A stretch of DNA of 63,151 nucleotides, filler included, from Octopus bimaculoides (lineage: Eukaryota), in the NCBI RefSeq assembly GCF_001194135.2. It is 8 parts of 6 records of this genome, joined end to end, with 100 filler letters (N's around TTAATTAATTAA, not from the genome) between each part and the next. Parts side by side here need not be neighbours in the genome. Positions count along the whole stretch, not along the records: positions 30,174 to 53,874 come from NC_069000.1; positions 53,975 to 58,413 come from NC_068997.1; positions 58,514 to 61,483 come from NC_068998.1; positions 61,584 to 63,151 come from NC_068986.1; 4 more parts are not named here. One strand, 5' to 3'. The notes beneath the pieces are model-generated. The model was not told the DNA's origin and searched no databases. It saw only the letters and a program-made list of their open reading frames with translations. Below, in pieces: positions 51,885 through 63,151 of this stretch. Every line of letters begins with the position of its first letter. Within the stretch, counting starts at the first letter, position 1. The translations under genes were made by a program, and so were the position numbers.

Positions 51885-53593
51885 TGACATTCATACATAC
51901 AACTATGGTTTCAGAATGTTTCTAAGTTGCATATATTCTAGAATTGTCTCTGTTGACTCAGCTAAATTTGGAAAGACGCGAGAATCTAGTGATGGCAGCG
52001 GTTTGTTTACATTATTCTCGTTCTGTGTTCTGGCAGGTTTTGGCCAGCTCTCAGTGTTTTGAGAAGATAGATAAACACCAGGAGAGCAAACCACTTTTTT
52101 TATAAGAAAAAAAAATGCTTCTTGTTGAAGTTGCTTTACAGTAAAGGTGCTTAAGTTACGGTAAGATTCGTCCCTGTTTGTATTTTAACCGCTTCAAATA
52201 TCAGAGAGAAGGGTCTTCACGGAATTTTTCATAGCTTCGAAATAGGCCTTAGATTAGCTGTAGAGCCCACGTAAAATGACAGGGGTACTTAGGTCTCCTT
52301 AGACACCTTACTGGTACTGTAATGCTGTCTTCATAATCGTGTTAGCGAAACTCCACATGATATAAGATATAATCCGGTCTGAATAATGCTACGTTGCTAC
52401 GTAAAAGATGTTTCACTTAATTATAATAGGAGAATTAAACCAGTTACTAATTTATCCTGGAGGAGCCAACACAGGGATAAGCCTGCACGTCTGATGTGGA
52501 CAGCACCATCTTGCTTGTATGTAATAGAAGTCAGTTGACATGCTGATGTGTGTGGGTATACATACGTATATATATATATATATATATNNNNNNNNNNNNN
52601 NNNNNNNNNNNNNNNNNNNNNNNNNNNNNNNNNNNNNNNNNNNNNNNNNNNNNNNNNNNNNNNNNNNNNNNNNNNNNNNNNNNNNNNNNNNTGTGTGTGT
52701 GTGTGTGTGTATAACTGAAGATATGGTAGATGTCACGTATCCAAGGTGTGGCGCAATAGATTGAGCGATTGATCCGGAACTCCTTGGTTGTGAAACGAGC
52801 GTCCCAACCACGCAGCCATTACTGCTCTGATTATGTCCCTTCTCTACAATCGGGAAGTTTGTAGAAATTAGAAGTCAATACTTTCAGAGAAAAGGATGTT
52901 TGTACGTCATTATTTTTCTTTATCTCTGCAATAACGTATTAAAAACCTCTCTTTACACTATAGGAAATATCTTTACACTATATGAAATATCTTTCAACTA
53001 AGCATACTGGATCCGTCTTAGTATCTCAATGTATAATTTAGCCTACCACGCAGCTAAAGCCATGACATGTTAGACCCTGATACTCTAGTGTCGTATCTAG
53101 AGAAATAAATGTTTCTTATCTGTAATACAGCATACAAATCGTTTCTCTGTAATAATACTTCAAACACCCAGAATTTGAAGAGAGATTAAACATTTTAGCA
53201 TATGATTTTATTTCTTGAAACATTATAGCAATTCTTAGATTTGGAACTTTTAAAGGCTATAAAAAATTTCCCAGCGACAGGAAGAGGTTTAGAGGCGTTT
53301 TGAACGGTAGATTACCATAGGAAAGAAGAAGAGAACACGTCTAGAATTTGACATTTATATACTTGATAAGTATGATACAACAGGAATGTAATAGTGAGAT
53401 TGCTAGACCATTAATAAAATGCGAGTTAGTATCTTCCACCAACCATAAACTGAACCACTAATGGCAGATGTACTATCACTACAGCAACTAAGAAATAATA
53501 ATAATGATAATAATAATAATAATAATGATAATAAAAACAACAATAATAATAATAATAATGATGATGATGATGATGATGATGATGATAATAATG

Positions 53594-53636
<43 letters not shown>

Positions 53637-54303
53637 TATCAAAATTAAAAGAAGAGTGCCATTGTCATCCAGTGAACGATATTTCGACATCTTGTCTTCA
53701 ACAGGTTCAAAAAATAATTTTGTCAATCTACTTCATTTTGGTTAATCATAATAACACGCGCACAAGCTCAATTTCACTTCTTTATTGATAGTTAATTGCT
53801 TAAATACCGAACCAACTTATTAATCGTTTACTTAATGTGTAGATTAGATAATCGACCGGCTGTTTGTGAGTCAANNNNNNNNNNNNNNNNNNNNNNNNNN
53901 NNNNNNNNNNNNNNNNNNTTAATTAATTAANNNNNNNNNNNNNNNNNNNNNNNNNNNNNNNNNNNNNNNNNNNNATATATATATATATATATACATGTAT
54001 GTATATAGCTGTATATGTACTTCCTATTTCAAAGAAATTCGAGCAATGGATATAAGACCCAAGTTAAAAAGATTCTCAACAATTCAACTTCTCTGGTTGA
54101 CATTAAGACACCCACCCCTTATAGGGGCCATACTGCAGAGTATGTTTGTACTTGTCAATTGGGAAATACGCATGGTATGCGATGAGGTAATAGCGTCTGC
54201 TGCGATCACTTCTTCTTGGCATAAGCGCCATTCACCAAAGTGACTGGAAAGAAATTACCTTCTTCAAAGTGTTATCAACCAACACTGACACACAGACACA
54301 CAG

Positions 54304-54350
<47 letters not shown>

Positions 54351-54446
54351 TCTTGCAAAGTAAAATACATATTTCATGCAGCTAATATTTTTACCCTTGT
54401 AAGTTGAAAAATATGCATCGTATACAATTGAAGTTATAGTTTAAAA

Positions 54447-55511
54447 CAGTGGTTCCCAAACTTTTTCGGGCTGCCGCCCCCTTGACATCCAGCCCACATT
54501 CCTAGTGCCTCACCCCAAATAACCATCACAGACATAGACTTCTTTCTAAAGCAGATTCAAAGCAACTGTATTTCACAAATAAAACTTAGCCTAATAGGCG
54601 CAGGAGTGGCTGTGTGGTAAGTAGCTTGCTTACCAGCCACATGGTTCAGGGTTCGTTCCCACTGCGTGACACCTTGCGCAAGTGTCTTCTACTATAGCCT
54701 CGGGCCGGCCAAAGCCTTGTGAGTGGATTTGGTAGACGGAAATTTAAAGAAGCCCGTCGTATATATGTATGTATGTATGTNNNNNNNNNNNNNNNNNNNN
54801 NNNNNNNNNNNNNNNNNNNNNNNNNNNNNNNNNNNNNNNNNNNNNNNNNNNNNNNNNNNNNNNNNNNNNNNNNNNNNNNNNNNNNNNNNNNNNNNNNNNN
54901 NNNNNNNNNNNNNNNNNNNNNNNNNNNNNNNNNNNNNNNNNNNNNNNNNNNNNNNNNNNNNNNNNNNNNNNNNNNNNNNNNNNNNNNNNNNNNNNNNNNN
55001 NNNNNNNNNNNNNNNNNNNNNNNNNNNNNNNNNNNNNNNNNNNNNNNNNNNNNNNNNNNNNNNNNNNNGACAAGGAGAAAAACACGGAGAAAAAAAAATA
55101 TATATATATATATATGTATGTATGTATGTATGTGTGTGTATATGTTTGTGTGTCTGTGTTTGGTCCCCCCAACCCAACATCGCTTGACAACAGATGGTGG
55201 TGTGTTTACGTCCCCGTAACTTAGCGGTTCGGCAAAAGAGATCGATAGAATAAGTACTAGGCTTACAAAGAATAAGTCCTGGGGTCGATTTGCTCGACTA
55301 AAGGCGGTGCTCCAGCATGGCTGCAGTCAAATGACTGAAACAAGTAAAAGAATAAATGAATAATGAACCTTTTATTTTGTTGTTTTTACATGAACTGCTA
55401 CTCCATTCTCTCCCCAATTTTTACATGAATCGCCACCCCATCATCACCCCACTTTTCTTCGACGCCCTCTTGGGGGGTGGGGGGTAATACTGCCCACTTT
55501 GAGAATCACTC
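54447..55511. mobile_element. hAT (Charlie-like) MITE interrupted by a SINE
   Basis: Ends CAGTGGTTCCCAAAC and CTTTGAGAATCACTC. TSD GTTTAAAA/GTTTGAAA (7/8). Confidence 0.7.
54598..55350 (+). mobile_element. SINE family B, full length across a gap, inserted in a hAT MITE
   Basis: Same head and tail as 18119. Confidence 0.85.
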
Positions 55512-55703
55512 GTTTGAAATATGGTTGGTCGATATTTTATACACGTTTTACTTTTCTTTCGTAAATAAGTTACTTGCTTGTTTATGAAAATTAGTTGAAA
55601 TATATTGTGCTGAAATATCTTACACTCGATATAATTGCAATTCGATATGTGGGCGTTATTTTTGTAATCTATAACATTCTTACGTTTGATATTGGTAATT
55701 TAA

Positions 55704-55994
55704 CCCATTACCTATCAGTGATCTCATATGAGATAACTTTAAAGTTACAAATTTCGTAATTATCTGTCAATATTTACACATATCTAACCTTTTTGCTATA
55801 TCTACTAGGTATATTTCTCTGACATTCAAATGAGGTTTGCTAATTTTTCACCCAATATCTTGCTTATTTCTATTTAAAATGTTATTTTGAAATGTTATTT
55901 TGATCATTCCAGCGTGTTTTTACGGCTGCTTTATGCTAGAAATCAAAGTTTCATAAAAAAGATTTCAGTTAAGAGAATTATGGGAGGTAATGGG
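55704..55994. mobile_element. piggyBac-type MITE
   Basis: TTAA-CCCATTACCT ... AGGTAATGGG-TTAA (10-bp TIR, TTAA TSD). Confidence 0.8.
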
Positions 55995-57109
55995 TTAACC
56001 CGCCAGAAGTAACAGCCAATATCTCTCTCAAATTCTAGCTTAGGGTTTTATAGGGAAAAACACATTCGACAAAGTAGTGCCTCATTTGTTGTGTTTTATG
56101 TTCTAGATGTAACGGCTGAAATCTCTCTCGAATCACACTGTCGACTTGAAAATGAGAAACGTATTGGATAAAGTAGTCGTACATGCACTATGACTCAAAA
56201 AATAAAAACAATACAGGTTAGTAACGGCTAAAGGAGATTTATTCGTAGGTATATTCAATGAGAGTAGACGTGGGCATCAACAACAAAACAATGATCACCA
56301 CCACTACTACTATCATCATCACAACAACAACAACAAAAGCAACAAAAACAACAACAACAATAAAAGCAGTTAGTAATAGTTCAGGCCACTTAACTGTATC
56401 CAGGAGTATAATTCAGGTGGACTTTACCAAATTAAGCTGCCGGAAAATGGCAGCGGTGCGGAGGGATATTAACAATAGAAGAGGAAAAATATCCATCAGG
56501 ATTCGACGAACAAACACTCACATAAATTAAACAAAGCGAAGTAAAAGCATAAATCAACTCACTTCTATTTTCAATCTTGATACTGTCGTTTGTAGTGTCG
56601 TCTGTAAGCGATGTCTTTCTCCAATGGCTTTCTTTATATACATACATACATACATACATACATGCATGCATACATACATATATATATATACATATATATA
56701 TGTATATATTCGTTTTAAAGACAAAATTTGGTGAATTGTTGACGGGGATATACAGATTTGAATGTTATTTTAATTGGACGATTTCCTCTTAAGCTCCTTA
56801 TGTTCATAAGTATGTACGTGTAAGTGCACATATACATATATGCATAAATATATATGAGTGGTTGTGTGATAAGAAATTTGCTTTCCAACCACATGGTACC
56901 AAGTTCAGGCCCACCGCGTGGTACCTGAGGCAAGTGTCTTCTACTATAGCCTCGAGCTGACCAAGGCCCTGTGTGGGGATTAGGACGATGTTACTGTTGT
57001 TTTTAGCCCCAGCAAGACATTTACTCTAGCTGGCTAAAGACACACTGACTGTGTCTGATTAGTATTTGCGAGGGGAGGTCATCGCTCCCATCTCTAGCCT
57101 TACGTGATA

Positions 57110-57154
57110 CCCACAGACCCGGGTTTCTGGCTAGTTGCCCGTCTTCAGCATGTG
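57110..57154 (-). ncRNA. Minimal hammerhead ribozyme motif with palindromic stem III
   Basis: Minus strand reads cacatg-CTGAAGA-cgggcaactagcca-GAAA-CCCGG-GTC-tgtggg. ACCCGGGT palindrome at 57117-57124. Stems I and II are imperfect. Confidence 0.65.
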
Positions 57155-57367
57155 ATGATCACCAGCTGGTGATTAAAACTCATTCCACTTGCAAAATACT
57201 CTATGCTCTTTCCAGTGACAAACTATCCCTGAAATGCATACATATTAGTCAGTAGGATAAGTGCACGTAATCCCATGCTATCGTAATGCAACAGTATTAC
57301 AAAAACCTTAGAGAACCTTTAGTAAATTAGAAGTTAGAAGTACACCAAGAGCAGATGAAAGAAGTTA

Positions 57368-57735
57368 AGGCGCAATGGCCCATTGGTTAGTGCAACAGAC
57401 TTGCTGTCGTAGGATCACGGTTTCGATTCCCAGACCAGAGGGTTGTGAGTGTTTATCAAAATTCCACAAGGCTCCGGCAGGGGATGGTGGCGAACCCTGC
57501 TGTACTCTTTCCACCACAACTTTCTCTCAATCTTTTTTCCTGTTTCTATTGTGCCTGTAATTCAAAGGGTCAGCCTTGTCACACTGTGTCACGCTGAATC
57601 TCCCTGAGAACTACGTTAAGGGTACACGTGTCTGTGGAGTGCTCAGCCACTTGCACGTTAATTTCACGAGCAGGCTGTTCCGTTGATCGGATCAACTGGA
57701 ACCCTCGACGTCGTAACCGACGGAGTGCCAACCAA
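57368..57735 (+). mobile_element. SINE family D
   Basis: Near-full copy ending GACGGAGTGCCAACC. Confidence 0.85.
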
Positions 57736-57737
57736 TA

Positions 57738-57814
<77 letters not shown>

Positions 57815-58287
57815 TAAGGTTTTTAAACTTTTAAATTTTCATATTCAAAAGAGACAGAGACTTCAAATTCGATATATCGATTTATTCACCACTCTATGTT
57901 AACATTTCTGTGCCAAACTTATCCAGTGACTCGTCCATTGGATTTAGACATTTGGCACTTCTTCAGGAGTGGTTACCTTTCGAACAAAACACGAAAAAAC
58001 ACATACAATAACTATTATTAGGTCTTTAGGACATCGTTAGCTTTCGTCTTTGTTATTGTAGCTTTCGTCTTTGTTATTATAGGGGAGATAACTCCTTAAT
58101 TTTCTATTTTTATTGCTCTCCTGTGGATTTCCACTAGATTAATTAATTATTTTGTTTATTTCTCTTTACTATACTATATTACTCGTATACATATGCATAC
58201 ATACACTTTACCCGTATACCTATCCATATATACATACACACACATACATATGTATACACATATACGTACACACACACATACACATAC

Positions 58288-58322
<35 letters not shown>

Positions 58323-58944
58323 TATACATACATACATACATACACACATACTTACAAATACAACACACATACATATATACATACACATACATATATATAC
58401 ACACATATATATANNNNNNNNNNNNNNNNNNNNNNNNNNNNNNNNNNNNNNNNNNNNTTAATTAATTAANNNNNNNNNNNNNNNNNNNNNNNNNNNNNNN
58501 NNNNNNNNNNNNNATATATATATATATATATATATATACATACACACACACATAAAGCGATATACATGTGCTATGATAAATATTTGCATATACATATATG
58601 TTTGTATTTATATATATTTACTTACGTATGCACAAGCACGCACAAACACGCGCATACACACACACATATATATAAAGGTATAACATATTTACTTATGCCT
58701 ATATCTATATGAACGATACGTGTATAACAACAAGTTTGCGTCTAGGTATGTTTGTACATTAACGATTCATTAATTATTGATTAAGTTGGAATAGATCAAA
58801 GAATACATTTATAAAGTTAAATAGTTATTTTTGCACAGAGATAAAGACAATAGAAGAGGAAGGTGGGTCGAGGAGGGGGAAGCACTATGGCTTGCTGTTT
58901 ACCTTGATCTTACACGAACACACAAGCGCAGGCGCACGTAGGCA

Positions 58945-59275
58945 GTTATACTGCACTGGCCTCCCGTCGGTAACAACGACGAGTGTTCTAGTTGATTGCA
59001 TCAACAGAACAGCCTGCTCCTGATATTAACGTCCAAGTGGCTGAGCACTCAATAGGCACGCGTATCTTTAATGTAGTTTTCAGGGAAACTCAACGTGATA
59101 CAAGATGCGACTATACTGGCCCTTTGAAATGCAGGAAGGATTCGTTTTTGCCAACTGAGTGGAGTGTAGCAACATGAAATAAACTGCTTTTCTCAAAGAG
59201 CAAAACGCACTGCCGGAAATCGAACTCACAGCCTTATCGTGAGCCGAATATTCTAAATACTAACCATTAAGCCAC
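58945..59275 (-). mobile_element. SINE family D, old copy (fragments also near 4060-4180 and 24535-24625)
   Basis: CAACAGAACAGCCTGCTC..GATATTAACGTCCAAGTGGCTGAGCACTC. Confidence 0.7.
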
Positions 59276-59686
59276 ACGTTTTCCCTTATATACTCACACA
59301 CACAAACACACACATATACATATATGCATTCATACATACACATAGTGTATTTTCCGGCATATACGTCGACGTAGCATATTGAGTAAACTTGTACCGCAAA
59401 CATTTAAACACAGTCACTGTTCTTAGAAATTTTAATGCCTGTCACATGGAACATTTTATTCTCCAAATTGCATGCCAAAAAAATAGAGTGAAGTGGAGGA
59501 ATGAAAATAGACGCGAGATATGCAGGGATATTGTATCTTCAGTTCCATTATTTAGGCAGAATGGTATACATATAAGATTCCAGTACCTTGTGAGTAAGTT
59601 CCAATAGCATTCAAAGTTGGTCGTTCTAAGCAGAGAGTTTGTAAACGGTGTTATTGAATCGAGGGTTTTATATAAATATATATATA

Positions 59687-60200
59687 GTGTTGAAATTTAC
59701 AGAAAAACAAAATACAAAGACAGGTTTATAATCAATAAGCAGGTGTTATGTATACCTATAATATAAGGAAGAGTGAACACTTCTTTCCGAAGGTGGCGAG
59801 ATAAGCGTTTGTCAAAGACCGTTTGGCAGAAGTGAAATAACGTTGGTATGAATAGCCAATATACAGGAAGTTAGCATAGTACGAGACAGGTAACCTCGTT
59901 CACTTCCTGTTACCGAGCAAGGCAGGTAATCTCGTACTTCCTGTTAAAAAGGGGAGTGGAGAAGACAACGGGAGTTTTGGCGCGGATAGTACGACAGACG
60001 AAGCTGCATACCTTGAAATAATTGAGACTGGACATAATCTCCATCTATGAACATTTACTCCCCTGTTTGAACACTTTGTTGTTGCGATCAGAAGTTTACC
60101 CCTTTTTCTTACATTATAATTTGTCTGATTGTAACAATTGGAGGCTCGTCCGGGATCTGAACTCTCGCAAACACATTATAAAACAACTTTACTATTCACC
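59687..60200. repeat. Unclassified interspersed repeat; its terminus is shared with 9806-9960
   Basis: AAATTTACAGAAAA(A)CAAAA(G/T)AC(G/A)AAGACAGGT abuts (TA)n at both 9811 and 59693. Internal direct repeat CAGGTAA.CTCGT..ACTTCCTGTTA x2. Confidence 0.5.
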
Positions 60201-60401
60201 TATGAACTGATCGATTTGAGTTTTTTTTAAAAAAAAAAGGCTTTATACAATAATTTCCACTGCTAAAATACACATATTACCTGCATAATTTTGTATCAAC
60301 ATTCGAAATTCTTCTTGTGAAACCAGTATTTAATCATGGAATTTAAGGTGGAAGAATTTATTGAAGGTGTATTTCTTTGATGCTCGGGAAGGTGAGAAAG
60401 T

Positions 60402-60437
60402 CTTTTACGTTTCGAGCCTACGCTCTTCAACAGAAAG
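60402..60437 (-). ncRNA. Variant minimal hammerhead-like motif
   Basis: Minus strand reads CTTT-CTGTTGA-A-GAGC-GTAG-GCTC-GAAAC-GTA-AAAG. Stem I 4 bp, stem II 4 bp, loopless ACGT stem III. Core is non-canonical (A6 is U, one extra A). Confidence 0.45.
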
Positions 60438-60494
60438 GAAATAAACAGGAGAGAATATATATATATATAGATATAGGTGAGAAAGTTGGAATAT

Positions 60495-60905
60495 ATATAT
60501 ATTCTTTTATTCTTTTATTCTTTTACATGTTTCAGTCATTGTGACTGCGGTCATGCTGGAGCACTCATCTTAAGGGTTTTCAGTCGAAGCAATCGATCCA
60601 AGAGCTTATTTTTTTAAAGCCTAGTACTTATTCTGTCGTTCCTTTTGCCAAACCGCTAAGTTACGGGGACGGAAACACACTAACATCGACTGTCAAGCGA
60701 TGATGGAGATGGAGACAAGCACAAGCACAAAGACACACATAAAGTATACATACTTATACATATATTCGACAAGCTTCTTTCAGTTTTCGTCTACCAAATC
60801 CACTCTCAAGGCTTTGGTCGGCCCGAGGATATTGTAGAAGACGCTGGCCCATGGTGCTGCGCAGTGAGACTGAACCCGCAACCATGTGGCTGGTAAACAA
60901 ACGGA
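60495..60905 (-). mobile_element. SINE family B, full length
   Basis: Reverse complement of the 18119 head and tail. Confidence 0.8.
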
Positions 60906-61452
60906 AGAAAAATATCATGCACTTTACGAAAGAGAAGTAAAAGGATTAAGAGGTGGAAGAGAAAAATATAAAGACGATAAGGATTTTACGACGTTTATTT
61001 ACAAACATACGTATGTGTGCGAGTGTGTGTTTCTGTGTATATATCTGTGTATGTATGTATGTATGCATGTATGTATGTATGTTTATGCGTATGCGTGGAT
61101 GTGTGTATGCGCATAAGTACGCATTATTTCAAGCTTTCAAGAACGTTGATCCTTCTTTCTGTTTTCTTTCTTCCTCTCTATTCATACATACATTACATGT
61201 GTGTTTGTGTGTATAGATACGTAAGTGTGTGTGTGTGTGTGTATGTATGTATATGTCTGTGTATGTTTCTCTGCATGTATTTGCATGCATGACACGAACA
61301 GGTACACGCGCGAGTGCTTGTTAACACGGGATAGAGGATGTATGCGAGAGCAACAGCTTACGAAAATTTATGAGTTTCTATTCATTTGTTCGAGTATAAA
61401 CGCATGCTCTGGTACACACACGTGTGCGTGTATGTGTCTATGTATGTATTCG

Positions 61453-61483
<31 letters not shown>

Positions 61484-61583
61484 NNNNNNNNNNNNNNNNN
61501 NNNNNNNNNNNNNNNNNNNNNNNNNNNTTAATTAATTAANNNNNNNNNNNNNNNNNNNNNNNNNNNNNNNNNNNNNNNNNNNN

Positions 61584-61628
<45 letters not shown>

Positions 61629-61632
<4 letters not shown>

Positions 61633-62200
61633 GTCTGATCAATAAGTATCCGGACTGTTGCCATAGTAGTGAAGCTAAAGCACTCAGGGTGAAGCCGCTT
61701 GGCAAAGATTGACCTTTAACTCTACTACGCACCAAGGTTTAACGTTTCAGCTCGCTTCTGCTGTTTACAGCAGTGCTTCGAATGAATTTGTGTAGCGTGT
61801 GATCATTGCATTGACCATGACAGAGAAAGATGCCATGGCAATACCTACCAGAGACCTATGCAAAGTTGTAGGAAGTGTATGGAGAGGAGTGTATGAGTCG
61901 CACACAAATGGACGAGAGGTTCAGACGTTTCCAAGATGGCCGAAAAATGTCGATATTGACGAACGTTCTGGGAGACCTACAACCAGCAGTTCTGAGAAAA
62001 ACATCGCAAATGTACGTGCAATTGTGAAGGGAAATCGATGAATCGCCATCTGTGAGTTATCAGAGGATGTGCTGATTAGTTACGGTTCAGTTCAGTCTAT
62101 TATCACTGAAGATATGGGTATGAAACGCGTGTCTACCAAGTTTGTGCCAAAACTGCTTTCAGCTGACCAAAAGGACACTCGGGTTGCACAAGAGCTCCTT
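61629..62200 (+). mobile_element. Mariner transposon relic (left TIR + transposase N-terminus), different subfamily
   Basis: Starts after (TA)n with GAGGTCTGATCAATAAGTATCCGGAC. ETYAKL*EVYGEECMSRTQMDERFRRFQDGR / NVDIDERSGRPTTS...GNR*IAICELSEDVLISYGSVQSIITEDMGMKRVSTKFVPKLLSADQK, containing the RSGRP motif and the WVPHEL-equivalent FVPKLL. Confidence 0.9.
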
Positions 62201-62742
62201 GATTCTGAGATTCAGTGAATAAGCTAGGTTTATGTAGAATATTCATAATAGTAGTATGGAGTAACATACCATTGGTAGACAAAGGTAATGGGGTATCTCT
62301 ATCTGTACCTGTCCAAACTCACGCTCAAACAACATACATACATACATCTACAAACCCACAGATATACCTATACTACTCTCCGGATATACATTCACACCCA
62401 TATACAAGTGTATACATAACTATATACATGCATGTCCGTACTGGCTCACACCCACACCCTTATCTCTGCACATGTACACATACGTGTACTTCCATTTCCA
62501 CACCTATGGGTACATATGTGTGTATACACACAAAAACCCATGGCTTCTTGCATAGCCTCTCATATACATATATATATACTGCAGTGAATTCTTCTCTGCA
62601 GAATTGTTTCCGGAATTTTTGCGCGCCGCAGCTGAGGCATTTTGAAAAGTAGCCCCAATGTAATCGGTAGAACTATATGCAGTCTCTTGTTTCATGAAGA
62701 CAATTCGTGTATGGTTCTGCAAATTATATTGATTCTAGGACG

Positions 62743-62815
62743 TCTATGCTGATGAGAACACGGATGTTATTACGTAAGTATAACGTTAATGTTCGAAACT
62801 GCAGCAGTCCATAGA
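62743..62815 (+). ncRNA. Type I hammerhead ribozyme, complete consensus
   Basis: Stem I TCTATG (62743-48) pairs with CATAGA (62810-15). Core CTGATGA (62749-55). Stem II GAACA/TGTTC (62756-60/62790-94) extends via ATGTTAT/ATAACGT to a GTAA cap. GAAA (62795-98). Stem III ACTG-CAG-CAGT. Cleavage triplet GTC (62807-09). Confidence 0.9.
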
Positions 62816-63151
62816 TAATTATATATTCTCTATATTTCTCATTTTGTCCTGTTCTGGCGTTTTGCGAAATTTTTCTGGTGAACATCATTTTTCTTTGTGG
62901 TTGGGTCGTTGATGACCTCTTTCTAGCATATTGGATGTCCACCTAGTGGTAATCCCTTATACACGTGTAATACAATTTTTTCTGAATTTTCAGATTTTTT
63001 ATATGCTAGGCCACTTTGTTTTAAATTGAATTAATATTCAATTTATCACCCTATCTATATAAATATATATATATATTCACATGCATATATTTATATATTA
63101 TATACATGTGTGTGTGTGTATTACATGCATATATATATATATATATATATA

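Noticed and set aside
53403-53788. ORFs MADVLSLQQLRNNN... and the antisense signal-peptide-like poly-Leu ORF
   Set aside because: The core is an (AAT/GAT)n array, the hydrophobic stretch is a microsatellite artefact, and there is no splice or homology support.
62106-62133. Apparent hammerhead CTGAAGA-TATGGGTAT-GAAA-CGCGT-GTC
   Set aside because: Stem II cannot pair, there is no stem I, and it lies in frame within the mariner transposase relic (ITEDMGMKRVS), so it is a chance match.

Overview
AT-rich, microsatellite-dense eukaryotic DNA from a gappy draft assembly. The SINE families and repeat landscape point to an octopod cephalopod (Octopus sp.); this is an inference, not a database result. 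The window is about 8 contig/scaffold pieces joined by artificial 100-bp spacers (44 N + TTAATTAATTAA + 44 N), plus many N gaps next to (TA)n, (CA)n or (GA)n. I could not confidently recognise any intact host protein-coding gene; almost all ORFs in the supplied track are translated microsatellites or gaps. The region reads as intronic or intergenic. It is filled with four tRNA-headed SINE families, three mariner relics, several MITEs (hAT, piggyBac-type, Tigger-type, foldback), four 3' fragments of an R4/Dong-like RLE non-LTR retrotransposon sitting in (CATA)n tracts, and an L1/Tx1-like fragment. The most notable signal is a set of hammerhead ribozyme (HHR) motifs. One type I HHR has every core base and all three stems intact (62743-62815, +). 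Four minimal or degenerate HHRs (21.5, 26.5, 57.1 and 60.4 kb) have short, often palindromic stem III, of the kind known from Penelope-like elements and non-LTR retrozymes. A few unique-sequence islands carry strong transcription-factor palindromes (RFX X-box, CLEAR/E-box, CRE). Isolated well-formed splice sites suggest a long-intron host gene that I cannot identify.
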